From contig OZ024745.1 of NCBI GenBank assembly GCA_964016885.1, positions 40,362,001 through 40,426,000 of the forward strand: a stretch of 64,000 bases of DNA. Reading direction: 5' to 3'. Shown piece after piece: positions 27,133 to 38,986 of this stretch; within the stretch, counting starts at the first letter, position 1; each line of letters begins with the position of its first letter. This DNA comes from Eledone cirrhosa (Eukaryota). Under the pieces are notes generated by a model that was not told the origin of the DNA, ran no database searches, and saw only the letters and a program-made list of their open reading frames with translations. A program made the translations under genes and the position numbers.

Positions 27133-27834
27133 TTACCATACCATACCCTATCTAGACTAAAGTCATCGACTTGTTGTCAAACTCTCTACTCTCTGTTGAA
27201 TGTGTATATATATATATATGTGTGTGTATGTATATGTGTGTATATGTGTGTATATACATCACTCAGTCAAACGACCAGATTTCAACCCCAACATCTACAA
27301 CAACAACAACACCGGCACTAATGTTTACAGCAACAACAGCTTCAGAATGAACTGAAATGAACATTTACAACAACAACAACAGCGGCATCAAAACATAAAA
27401 AAAGGAAGGGAAAAGAAAAGAAAAGGGAAAGAAAAAAAAAAACTCAAAATAACAAAACACACACACACACACACGCACACAACACAACAACAACATCAAC
27501 TGCCACCACCACCACCACCACGGCCACCGCCGCCGCCATCACCATCACCAGCGACCGGGCCTTAAGAAAACAACTTTAATAATAATTTTTCTGCTTTTGG
27601 CACGGATCCAGCGACTGGTACAGCGCATCACTGGTACTCTCTTTTGTTGACTCCGTGGAGATGAAGGGCAGGGTTGATCTCGGCGGGATTTGAGCTCAGA
27701 GCGTGGGGAGTCATAACTCTATGCTGTAAAGCAATTATAATAATACTGGACTGTAATACGATCGGCTTTAACTATACAAACTCTTGAAGGTCAACAGTTG
27801 ACATAATCTTGTAATCTTGTATCAGTAATGACGG

Positions 27835-27887
<53 letters not shown>

Positions 27888-30800
27888 CGTGCGTGTAAGT
27901 GAGTAGAGTAGCGTGTGTGTGTGTTTGTTTGTATGTATGTGTTGCTGTGTGCGCGCATATGTATGCGTGTGTGTGTATGTCGTACGTATAAGTGTCAATA
28001 AGTGAGTTTTTTTTTTGGGGGGGGGGGGTGCGCGCGCGGGGACATAGAAATAATCGGGCTGGATGCCCGATCGCGCAGTTAAACCACTGGGAGTGAAGAA
28101 CCCCTAGCCCTTGTCAGGGCATTCTTCTAGGAGAAGGCATCTCAGGAAACTGGGTTAACTCCGATATAAAACCTGCGGCTCAGTAGTTACCGATGATGTT
28201 GATCTTTTCTTCTTTTCGGGTTATAGCTACTGTCGCTCAGAGAGTGGGATTGGCTCAGTGCACAGTCTTTCCTCACTTTAAAAATATTCGTCACGCACAG
28301 GCATTGCACGAGTGCATTAATAATTATTAATAGTGTACTACTATTATTATTATTATTATTACTATTATTATTATTATTACTTTTTTTTAGTAATCACAGC
28401 CTGGGCCCGCTCGTCATCGTGCCATTGTAATAGAGCCAAACAAGGCATTTAGTCTTGGCTGCTGGAACGTACGGACGCTGCTTGACAGGGATTCCTTGGA
28501 GCGTCCTGAACGAAGGACAGCTCTTGTTGCAAAGGAGCTTCGACGTTACGATCTTGACATCGTGGCTTTATCTGAGACGAGGTTAGCTGGAGATGGTCAT
28601 CTTACGGAATTTTGTGGAGAATATACATTCTTCTGGAAAGGAAGAGATGAAGGAACCAGAAGAGAGGCTGGGGTAGGATTTGCTGTTAAGACTGTACTTG
28701 TGAATAAATTAGAAGAATTCCCAGTAGGGATTAGTGAACGTCTTATGTCCATGAGAGTTCCGCTGGACAGAGGAAGATATGCTACCCTGGTGATTGGGTA
28801 TGCTCCAACTATGAATTCTGTCGATGAAGAAAAACTGTCCTTTTACCATGCCTTGAAAGGTGTTCTAAGAAATATCCCTCAGGCAGACAAAGTCATCGTG
28901 CTTGGTGACTTTAATGCTAGAGTGGGTAGGGATGTTAACACATGGAATGTAATCAGAAGGCATGGGGTGGGAAAGTGTAACAGCAATGGTATGCTCCTGC
29001 TGCAGATGTGTGAGGAGCTGGATCTGTGTGTTACCAACACCATGTTCCAACAAAAGAACAAATTCAAGACCACATGGATGCATCCTGCATCTAAGGAATG
29101 GCATCTTTCGGTCTACGTCCTAGTCAGGATGCGTGACAGACAGGATGTGCAGTGTGTTCGTGTTCTTCGTAGAGCTGAGTGCTGGACGGACCACCGCCTG
29201 GTCCGCGCAAAAGTGAAACTAATCACCAAACGTAAAATCCGGGCTCCTGGTGTTACCCTGCCCAAAAGATTGAATGCTGCTCGTCTTAAGGATAACAATG
29301 TGAAGAGGACATTGGAAGAAGTGATGCAGGCTGCAGATGTTGGTGAGGATTGGCCGACCCTTAAAAAGTCGGTTTATGATGTAGGCAGGCGTGTTCTGGG
29401 ATTGATGCAGAGAAAACATCAGGACTGGTTTAATGAGAATGATGTACATATAGAAGACTTGTTGGCTGATAAGAGGCGTGCTCTGTCACGCTACTTGACG
29501 GCAAAACCACAGGAGAGGAATACGTTTCATGAGGAGCTCAGGGATGTAAAATCACGTGTTAGGCGGGGTCTTTCTCAGATGAAGGATCAGTGGTGGAGTG
29601 AGAAGGCTGGTGAGATACAAACTGCATCTGATTCCAATAACACAAAGCTGTTGTACAGTCTCTTGCGTGAGGTTTATGGACCGTCTTCTTCTCTGGTGAC
29701 ACCGCTTCGCAGCAAGGATGGCAAAGAACTTCTTCTTCATGACTCACAGGGAATTCTACGAAGGTGGCGAGAGCACTTTGATGATCTTTTGAATCAGCCG
29801 TCTGTCGTTAGTGAAGATTTCCTCAATCTCATTCCGGAAAGTCCTGTGAAAATAGCTCTCGCAGCACCTCCGACGCTTGTGGAGGTTGCAGTGGCTATTT
29901 CGAAGCTGAACAGTGGAAGATCTCCAGGTATGGATGGCATGCTGAGCTCCTACAATATGGTGGTGAGAGACTCCTGCAACATCTGCACTCTTTGTTTGGA
30001 AGGATATGGGCTAATGAATCCGTACCTGAGGACTGGAGAGATGCAGTAATGGTGGCCTTGTACAAGGGAAAGGGTAACAGGAATTATTGTGGGAGCTACA
30101 GAGGTATATCATTGCTTTCTGTCGTAGGGAAAGTTTTATGTAGGGTGCTTCTGGACCGTCTGCTGACACACATTGCAGATTGTGTTCTTCCTGAAAGTCA
30201 ATCTGGTTTTCGTGCTGGACGCGGCACTACTGATATGATCTTCTCAGCTAGACAGCTCCAGGAGGGGTGTGCATTGAACAAGGCTTGGATCTGTATCAGG
30301 TTTTTGTCGATCTGACAAAGGCTTTCGATACTGTCAACAGAGAGGCATTATGGAAGGTTCTCCAGAAACTTGGTTGCCCTGATAAGTTCCTTGCTTTAGT
30401 TAGGTCTTTCCATGACGACATGAAGGCTTGGGTTAATGTCGGAGGTAACATGTCGGAGCCTACCTCAGTAAAAAATGGAGTGAAACAGGGGGATATTCCA
30501 GCACCGACCCTGTTTGCCATATACTTTGCAATGGTTTTCTGTATTGCATTCAGGAATTGCGAGCATGGTGTTTACATCCGATATCGAACCCCAGGCAGCA
30601 TATTTAACATCAGGCGCTTTGTTGCGAAGACGAAAGCATTTACATCAATCATAAGAGACCTCTTGTATGCAGATGATTGCGATCTTGTAGCGCACACAGA
30701 GAGTGATATGCAGCACATTTTGAATGCATTTTCTGACGCTTGCACTGCCCTGGGTTTGACTGTCAGTCTCAAGAAAACCGTCGTCATGTACCAACCTGCC

Positions 30801-31988
30801 CCTAGTAAGCAGTACACTGAACCAAACATCTATGTGTATGGCAGACGACTTGGAGTGGTTGATCAGTTTGTCTACCTGGGAAGCACTGTCAATCGATACG
30901 GCAACCTTGACAGTGAAATCTCACTTAGGATTAGGAAAGCAAGTGATGCTTTCGGAAAGCTAGAAAAGCGACTCTGGGGTCGGCGAGACATATGCAGGAG
31001 GACAAAGGTAAAGGTGTACAGGGCATGTGTACTCTCTTGTCTTTTTATGCCTGCGAGACCTGGGTCACATATCGACACCACCTTAAGCAATTGGAGCGTT
31101 TCCATCAGATGTGTCTCAGACGGATCCATGGCGTTCACTGGAGGGACCACATCAGTGATGTCGAGATTTTGGATTGCTCTATGTGTGACAGTATAGAAGC
31201 TCTTGTGCTTAAGCAACGACTCCATTGGAGTGGTCACCTTGCCAGGATGAAGGATTCTAGAATACCAAAACAACTCTTCTATGGAGAGTTGGTTAAAGGA
31301 AAACGACCGCCACATAAACCAAAAAAGAGGTATAAGGATTCCTTGAAAGCCTCTCTGAAAGACGCTAACATCTCTGCTGATACATGGGAAAATATTGCTG
31401 CTGATCGTAATAAATGGAGAAAGACTGTATATGACGGAAAAGTTGCCTTTGAGGCATCTCGAATCGCACACGAGAAAGTAAATCGGGATGTGAGGAAGGG
31501 CATTGCTGTTGCCCTTCCAGACGGCGGGGGTCCTCCTATGGTGCTGACATGCAGCGTCTGTGCGAGACGCTGCCTAAGCAATGCTGGACTCGAAAGTCAT
31601 CTTCGCAGTCATAAAGTAAGACCAGTGGTTGACTACCAGGCTGCTGTTGGAGATGCTACTCATCATGCTTGCCAAACATGTGGTAGAGAATGTAAATCAG
31701 CAAGAGGGCTCAAGCGACATGCAAAAGTACACGAACTCCAACCACAGCCGCATATTCCCAGTGAATGTTTTGGTTGCCGACTCTGTGCAAGACATTGTAG
31801 ATCATTGGCTGGGCTAAAAAGCCACATTCGATCGCAGCACTCTTAGTTGTTATCGTGTGTGTGTGTGTGAGTAGATATGCTTATGTGCGTGCGTGTGTGT
31901 GTATATATATATATATGAACATGAATATTATTATTGTTGTTGTCGTTATTATTATTGTTGCCATTGTTATTATTGTTGTTATTATTAA

Positions 31989-32048
<60 letters not shown>

Positions 32049-32068
32049 TATGTATATGTGTATGTATG

Positions 32069-32128
<60 letters not shown>

Positions 32129-32138
32129 TTTTTTTTTT

Positions 32139-32180
<42 letters not shown>

Positions 32181-32260
32181 TTATTTTATTTATTTTTTTA
32201 TTTTTTATTTTTTCTTCTCGTGCAATGGCCATACTCGATAACGAGGGGGCAGCCATTATG
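27133..32260 (+). mobile_element. RTE-clade LINE copy 1 with about 1.2-kb leader, frameshifted
   Basis: Collinear with copy 2; lacks the start-codon region; ends TGGCCATACTCGATAACGAGGGGGCAGCCAT plus (TATG)n. Confidence 0.95.
28400..31846 (+). pseudogene. RTE APE-RT-C2H2 polyprotein, broken by three frameshifts (about 29940, 30265, 31045)
   Basis: ORF pieces 28496-30049, 29992-30315, 30267-31196 and 30992-31846 align to the intact ORF. Confidence 0.95.
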
Positions 32261-32334
32261 TATGTATGTATGTATGTATGTATGTATGTATGTATGTATG
32301 TATGTATGTATGTATGTATGTATGTATGTATATT

Positions 32335-32827
32335 TTACATTTACTTACATCTCAATATAACATGGCTAGAATTCAAATTTTGCTAAGAGAAGAAAACGGT
32401 CAAATGAACTAGATACATCTCACTGTCCACACCACCACAATAACGTCTACACTCTCTCCCCCCCATCACATGTCATTACCATACCATACCCTATCGAGAC
32501 TAAAGTCATCGACCTGTTGTCAAACTCTCTACTCTCTGATGAATGTATATATATATATGTGTGTGTATGTATATGTGTGTATATACATCACTCAGTCAAA
32601 CAACCAGATTTCAACCCCAACATCTACAACAACAACAACACCGGCACTAATGTTTACAGCAACAACAGCTTCAGAATGAACTGAAATGAACATTTACAAC
32701 AATTACAACAACAACAACAACAGCGGCATCAAAACATAAAAAAAGGAAGGGAAAAGAAAAAAGAAAAGGGAAGGGGAAAAAAAAAAAAGGAGAAAAAAAA
32801 GAAAGGAAAAAAAAAACTCAAAATAAC

Positions 32828-32860
<33 letters not shown>

Positions 32861-33628
32861 CAGAACAACAACATCAACTGCCACCACCACCACCACCACC
32901 GCCACCGCCGTCGCCATCACCATCACCAGCGACCTTAAGAACAACTTTAATAATAATTTTTCTGCTTTTGGCACGGATCCAGCGACTGGCCAGCGCATCA
33001 CTGGTACTCTCTTTTGTTGACTCCGTGGAGAGCCATAACTCTATGCTGTAAAGCAATTATAGTAATACTGGACTGTAATACGATCGGCTTCAACTATACA
33101 AACTCTTGAAAGTCAACAGTTGACATAATCTGGTAATCTTGTATCAGTAATGACGGTAATATATATATATATGTGTGTGTGTGTGCGTGTAAGTGAGTAG
33201 AGTAGCGTGTGTGTGTGTTTGTTGTGTGTGTGAGTGTTGCTGTGTGCACGCATATGTATGCGTGTGTGTGTATGTCGTACGTATAAGTGTCAATAAGTAA
33301 TTTTTTTTTTTTTTTTTTTTTTTTTGCGCGGGGACATAGAAATAATCGGGCTGGATGCCCGATCGCGCAGTTAAACCACTGGGAGTGAAGAACCCCTAGC
33401 CCATGTCAGGGTATTCTTCTAGGAGAAGGCATCTCAGGAAACTGGGTTAACTCCGATATAAAACCTGCGGCTCAGTAGTTACCGATGATGTTGATCTTTT
33501 CTTCTTTTCGGGTTATAGCTACTGTCGCTCAGAGAGTGGGATTGGTTCAGTGCACAGTCTTTCCTCACTTTAAAAATATTCGTCACGCACAGGCATTGCA
33601 CGAGTGCATTAATAATTATTAATAGTGT

Positions 33629-33663
<35 letters not shown>

Positions 33664-36600
33664 TATTATTACTTTTTTTTTTTTTTTATTTTTTTTTCCA
33701 ATTCAATGATGTTCCAGAACAATGTAAACGAGATAATTGCCAATTTGGGTTCTGGAACAAAAAAGATCATTGGCAATAAGGGCAGGGGCCCCAAGTTATC
33801 ACAACCTGGGCCCGCCCGTCATCGTGCCATTGTAATAGAGCCAAACAGGGCATTTAGTCTTGGCTGCTGGAACGTACGGACGCTGCTTGACAGGGATTCT
33901 TTGGAGCGTCCTGAACGAAGGACCGCTCTTGTTGCGAAGGAGCTTCGACGTTACGATCTTGACATCGTGGCTTTGTCTGAGACGAGGTTAGCTGGAGATG
34001 GTCATCTTACGGAATTTTGTGGAGAATATACATTCTTCTGGAAAGGAAGAGATGAAGGAACCAGAAGAGAGGCTGGGGTAGGATTTGCTGTTAAGACTGT
34101 ACTGGTGAATAAATTAGAAGAATTCCCAGTGGGGATTAGTGAGCGTCTTATGTCCATGAGAGTTCCGCTGGACAAGGGAAGATATGCTACCCTGGTGAGT
34201 GTGTATGCTCCAACTATGAATTCTGTCGATGAAGAAAAACTGTCCTTTTACCATGCCTTGAAAGGTGTTTTAAGAAATATCCCTCAGGCAGACAAAGTCA
34301 TCGTGCTTGGTGACTTTAATGCTAGAGTGGGTAGGGATTTTAACACATGGAATGTAATCGGAAGGCATGGGGTGGGAAAGTGTAACAGCAATGGTATGCT
34401 CTTGCTGCAGATGTGTGAGGAGCTGGATCTGTGTGTTACCAACACCATGTTCCAACAAAAGAACAAATTCAAGACCACATGGATGCATCCTGCATCTAAG
34501 GAATGGCATCTTTTGGACTACGTCCTAGTCAGGATGCGTGACAGACAGGATGTGCAGTGTGTTCGTGTTCTTCGTGGAGCTGAGTGCTGGACGGACCACC
34601 GCCTGGTACGCGCAAAAGTGAATCTAATCACCAAACGTAAAATCCGGGCTCCTGGTGTTACCCTGCCCAAAAGATTGAATGCTGCTCGTCTTAAGGATAA
34701 AAATGTGAAGAGGACATTGGAAGAAGAGATGCAGGCTGCAGATCTTGGTGAGGATTGGCCGACCCTTAAAAAGTCGGTTTATGATGTAGGCAGACGTGTT
34801 CTGGGATTGGTGCAGAGAAAACATCAGGACTGGTTTAATGAGAAAGATGTGCATATAGATGACTTGTTGGCTGATAAGAGGCGCGCTCTGTCACGCTACT
34901 TGACGGCAAAACCGCAGGAGAGGAATACGTTGCATGAGGAGCTCAGGGATGTAAAATCACGTGTTAGGCGGAGTCTTTCTCAGATGAAGGATCAGTGGTG
35001 GAGTGAGAAGGCTGGTGAGATACAAACTGCGTCTGATTGCAATAACACAAAGCTGTTGTACAGTCTCTTGCGTGAGGTTTATGGACCGTCTTCTTCTCTG
35101 GTGACACCGATTCGCAGCAGGGATGGCAAAGAACTTCTTCGTGACTCACAGGGAATTCTACGAAGGTGGCGAGAGCACTTTGATGATCTTTTGAATCAGC
35201 CGTCTGTCGTCAGTGAAGATTTCCTCAATCTCATTCCGGAAAGTCCTGTGAAAGTAGCTCTCGCAGAACCTCCGACACTTGTGGAGGTTGCAGTGGCTAT
35301 TTCGAAGCTGAACAGTGGAAGATCTCCAGGTATGGATGGCATACATGCTGAGCTCCTACAATATGGTGGTGAGATACTCCTGCAACATCTTCACTCTCTG
35401 TTTGGAAGGATATGGGCTAATGAATCCGTGCCTGAGGACTGGAGAGATGCAGTAATGGTGGTCTTGTACAAGGGAAAGGGTAACAGGAATGATTGTGGGA
35501 ACTACAGAGGTATATCATTGCTTTCTGTCGTGGGGAAAGTTTTATGTAGGGTGCTTCTGGACCGTCTGCTGACACACATTGCAGATTGTGTCCTTCCTGA
35601 AAGTCAATCTGGTTTTCGTGTTGGACGCGGCACTACTGATATGATCTTCTCAGCTAGACAGCTCCAGGAGAAGTGCATTGAACAGGGCTTGGATCTGTAT
35701 CAGGTTTTTGTCGATCTGACAAAGGCTTTCGATACTGTCAACAGAGATGCATTATGGAAGGTTCTCCAGAAACTTGGTTGCCCTGATAAGTTCCTTGCTT
35801 TAGTTAGGTCTTTCCATGACGACATGAAGGCTTGGGTTAATGTCGGAGGTAACATGTCGGAGCCTATCTCAGTAAAAAATGGAGTGAAACAGGGGGATAT
35901 TCCAGCACCGACCCTGTTTGCCATATACTTTGCAATGGTTTTCTGTATTGCATTCAGGAATTGCGAGCATGGTGTTTACATCCGATATCGAACCTCAGGC
36001 AGCATATTTAACATCAGGCGCTTTGCTGCGAAGACAAAAGTATTTACATCAGTCATAAGAGACCTCTTGTATGCAGATGATTGCGATCTTGTAGCGCACA
36101 CAGAGAGTGATATGCAGCACATTTTGAATGTATTTTCTGACGCTTGCACTGCCCTGGGTTTGACTGTCAGTCTCAGGAAAACCGTCGTCATGTACCAACC
36201 TGCACCTGGTAGGCAGTACACTGAACCAAACATCTATGTGTATGGCAAACGACTTGGAGTGGTTGATCAGTTTGTCTACCTGGGAAGCACTGTCAATCGA
36301 TACGGCAACCTTGACAGTGAAATCTCACTTAGGATTAGGAAAGCAAGTGATGCTTTCGGAAAGCTAGAAAGGCGACTCTGGGGTCGGCGAGACATATGCA
36401 GGAGGACAAAGGTAAAGGTGTACAGGGCATGTGTACTCTCTTGTCTTCTTTATGCCTGCGAGACCTGGGTCACATATCGACGCCACCTTAAGCAATTGGA
36501 GCGTTTCCATCAGATGTGTCTCAGACGGATACATGGCGTTCACTGGAGGGCCCACATCAGTGATGTCGAGATTTTGGAAAGCTCTATGTGTGACAGTATA

Positions 36601-37259
36601 GAAGCTCTTGTGCTTAAGCAGCGACTCCGTTGGAGTGGTCACCTTGCCAGGATGAAGGATTCTAGAATACCAAAACAACTCTTCTATGGAGAGTTGGTTA
36701 AAGGAAAACGACCGCCACATAAACCAAAAAAGAGGTATAAGGATTCCTTGAAGGCCTCTCTGAAAGACGCTAACATCTCTGCTGATACATGGGAAAATAT
36801 TGCTGCTGATCGTCATAAATGGAGAAAGACTGTATATGAGGGAAAAGTTGCCTTTCAGGCATCTCGAATCGCACACGAGAAAGTAAAGCGGGACGTGAGG
36901 AAGGGTATTGCTGTTGCACTTCCAGACGGCGAGGGTCCTCCTATGTTTCTGACATGCAGCGTCTGTGCGAGACTCTGCCTAAGCAAAGCCGGACTCGAAA
37001 GTCATCTTCGCAGTCATAAAGTAAGACCAGTGGTTGACTACCAGGCTGCTGTTGGAGATGCTACTCATCATGCTTGCCAAACATGTGGTAGAGAATGTAA
37101 ATCAGCAGGAGGACTCAAGCGACATGCAAAAGTACACGAACTCCAACCACAGCCGACTATTCCCAGTAAATGTTTTGGTTGCCGACTCTGTGCAAGACAT
37201 TTTAGATCATTGGCTGGGCTAAAAAGCCACATTCGATCGCAGCACTGTTAGTTGCTATC

Positions 37260-37305
<46 letters not shown>

Positions 37306-37384
37306 GCTTATGTGCGTGCGTGTGTGTGTATATATATATGAATATGTATATTATTATTGTTGTTGTCGTTATTATTATTATTGC

Positions 37385-37424
<40 letters not shown>

Positions 37425-37548
37425 GTTATTAATGTATGTGTGTATATATGTGTGAGTGTATGTGTATGTATATGTGTGTGTGTATATATGTATGTATGTG
37501 TATGTATGTGTGTGTGTATATATATGTGTATGTATATGTGTATGTATA

Positions 37549-37581
<33 letters not shown>

Positions 37582-37621
37582 CTTTTCCCTTTTTTTTTTT
37601 TTTTTTTTTTTTTTATATTTA

Positions 37622-37665
<44 letters not shown>

Positions 37666-37745
37666 TTTTTATTTTTTATTTTTTATTTTTTTATTTTTTT
37701 TTTATTGTGCAATGGCCATACTCGATAACGAGGGGGCAGCCATCA
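32335..37745 (+). mobile_element. RTE-clade LINE copy 2, apparently full length
   Basis: Leader, 5'UTR, intact ORF, microsatellite-rich 3'UTR, terminal hairpin and (TATG)n tail. Confidence 0.96.
33706..37251 (+). CDS. RTE LINE ORF (1181 aa): apurinic endonuclease, reverse transcriptase, three C2H2 zinc fingers
   Basis: CWNVRTL, ALSETRL, LGDFNARVG, LDYVL, TDHRL (APE); YRGISLL, QSGFR, FVDLTKAFDTV, GVKQG, LYADD (RT); three CxxC..HxxxH fingers. Confidence 0.97.
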   Translation: MMFQNNVNEIIANLGSGTKKIIGNKGRGPKLSQPGPARHRAIVIEPNRAFSLGCWNVRTLLDRDSLERPERRTALVAKELRRYDLDIVALSETRLAGDGHLTEFCGEYTFFWKGRDEGTRREAGVGFAVKTVLVNKLEEFPVGISERLMSMRVPLDKGRYATLVSVYAPTMNSVDEEKLSFYHALKGVLRNIPQADKVIVLGDFNARVGRDFNTWNVIGRHGVGKCNSNGMLLLQMCEELDLCVTNTMFQQKNKFKTTWMHPASKEWHLLDYVLVRMRDRQDVQCVRVLRGAECWTDHRLVRAKVNLITKRKIRAPGVTLPKRLNAARLKDKNVKRTLEEEMQAADLGEDWPTLKKSVYDVGRRVLGLVQRKHQDWFNEKDVHIDDLLADKRRALSRYLTAKPQERNTLHEELRDVKSRVRRSLSQMKDQWWSEKAGEIQTASDCNNTKLLYSLLREVYGPSSSLVTPIRSRDGKELLRDSQGILRRWREHFDDLLNQPSVVSEDFLNLIPESPVKVALAEPPTLVEVAVAISKLNSGRSPGMDGIHAELLQYGGEILLQHLHSLFGRIWANESVPEDWRDAVMVVLYKGKGNRNDCGNYRGISLLSVVGKVLCRVLLDRLLTHIADCVLPESQSGFRVGRGTTDMIFSARQLQEKCIEQGLDLYQVFVDLTKAFDTVNRDALWKVLQKLGCPDKFLALVRSFHDDMKAWVNVGGNMSEPISVKNGVKQGDIPAPTLFAIYFAMVFCIAFRNCEHGVYIRYRTSGSIFNIRRFAAKTKVFTSVIRDLLYADDCDLVAHTESDMQHILNVFSDACTALGLTVSLRKTVVMYQPAPGRQYTEPNIYVYGKRLGVVDQFVYLGSTVNRYGNLDSEISLRIRKASDAFGKLERRLWGRRDICRRTKVKVYRACVLSCLLYACETWVTYRRHLKQLERFHQMCLRRIHGVHWRAHISDVEILESSMCDSIEALVLKQRLRWSGHLARMKDSRIPKQLFYGELVKGKRPPHKPKKRYKDSLKASLKDANISADTWENIAADRHKWRKTVYEGKVAFQASRIAHEKVKRDVRKGIAVALPDGEGPPMFLTCSVCARLCLSKAGLESHLRSHKVRPVVDYQAAVGDATHHACQTCGRECKSAGGLKRHAKVHELQPQPTIPSKCFGCRLCARHFRSLAGLKSHIRSQHC

Positions 37746-37763
37746 TATATGTATGTATGTATG

Positions 37764-37813
<50 letters not shown>

Positions 37814-38220
37814 AAGACAAACAGACATACACACACATACACACATACACACAAAAAAAACCACCTACACACGTATACATTTTATTTAAACCACTTCATT
37901 ATTTGTAGTGTCGCCGGAATATACTCGAAAGAACCTGGAACACATTCGTTCCAGACACTTTTGCTAGGGAAAACGTTACATCTATTCATGCTATGTTTAT
38001 GGTGAACTCATTTTTGGTAAAACCTTAAATAATAATCCAAGGAGGAAATGCCGAGACTCTCTAAACGAGAAGGTAAAACGCCTTAACATATCGTGCAAAA
38101 ATCTTTAATTATGTGTAGTAGATAAAGAGGCTTGCAGGAATATCAATTGGAATGGGGCTAAAGAATTTGAGATGGAGATTTGAAAATAGAAGTGCTGCGG
38201 AAGAATGAGACCAATATTAA

Positions 38221-38615
38221 TAATTGTTTGTACTTTTGGCACAAGGCCAGCAATTACCCCAGCGCATTAGTGGTACTTTGTTTTATCGACACGATGAATT
38301 TTATCCAGCGTTAGTTTTCAAATGCCCCGTGTGCTCCAAGGTATGCCTTTCGATCCCTGGCTTGAAGTCACACCAACGAGCACATGATGTTAAAGACCAA
38401 GATGGTATTTCAAACTTCGCCCGGGAAATCATTTCCAGTGACATGTTTGCCAGAATGGTTGATGGGCCATGTTTGCTTTAAGTTTGTTGGACCCAAAGTG
38501 GACACAATAAAGAAATCAAATATCATTCTATTGTTTGCGGACAGGTGCTTCACAGGCTTTCAGAGCACACATTGCAAGAAATGGTCAACATCTGTATGGA
38601 GCAGACGGCCTGTAT
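38221..38615 (+). mobile_element. SINE fragment (38221-38291, minus) plus decayed C2H2-bearing LINE 3' end
   Basis: FKCPVCSKVCLSIPGLKSHQRAH resembles the RTE terminal fingers. Confidence 0.6.
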
Positions 38616-38754
38616 ACACCTACACACACACACACGTATTTATATATATATACACACCCGTATATATATACATACGTATATATATACATACGTACACATA
38701 CACGCGTATATATATATATATATATTTCGTTTCTGAATCGTGTGTTTATATATT

Positions 38755-38797
38755 GTCAAAGTTCTTTCCTCACACATTCTGTGACCTCTTCAGTGAC
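38755..38797 (-). ncRNA. Minimal hammerhead in PLE 3'UTR (slightly decayed)
   Basis: GTCA-CTGAAGA-GG-TCACA gaatg TGTGA-G-GAAA-GAAC-TT^TGAC. Confidence 0.7.
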
Positions 38798-38986
38798 TGG
38801 GGATTCTTTTCTTTATTTTTGTGCATCTCCTTTGTTCTGTCCTACGCCATTTTGTTTCTGTGTGTGTGTTGTGTGCTCAGTCTGCGCATGCGCCACATCC
38901 GGGTGTCTCTGTGTGTTTATATTCGTTTATTTACATGTTACCGGTTGGTTGTTTGTTCTATGTGCGTGTGTGTTTTCATTTTGTCC

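Noticed and set aside
28865-36876. Antisense ORFs across both RTE copies
   Set aside because: Shadow frames of the sense ORF, repeated only because the element is duplicated.
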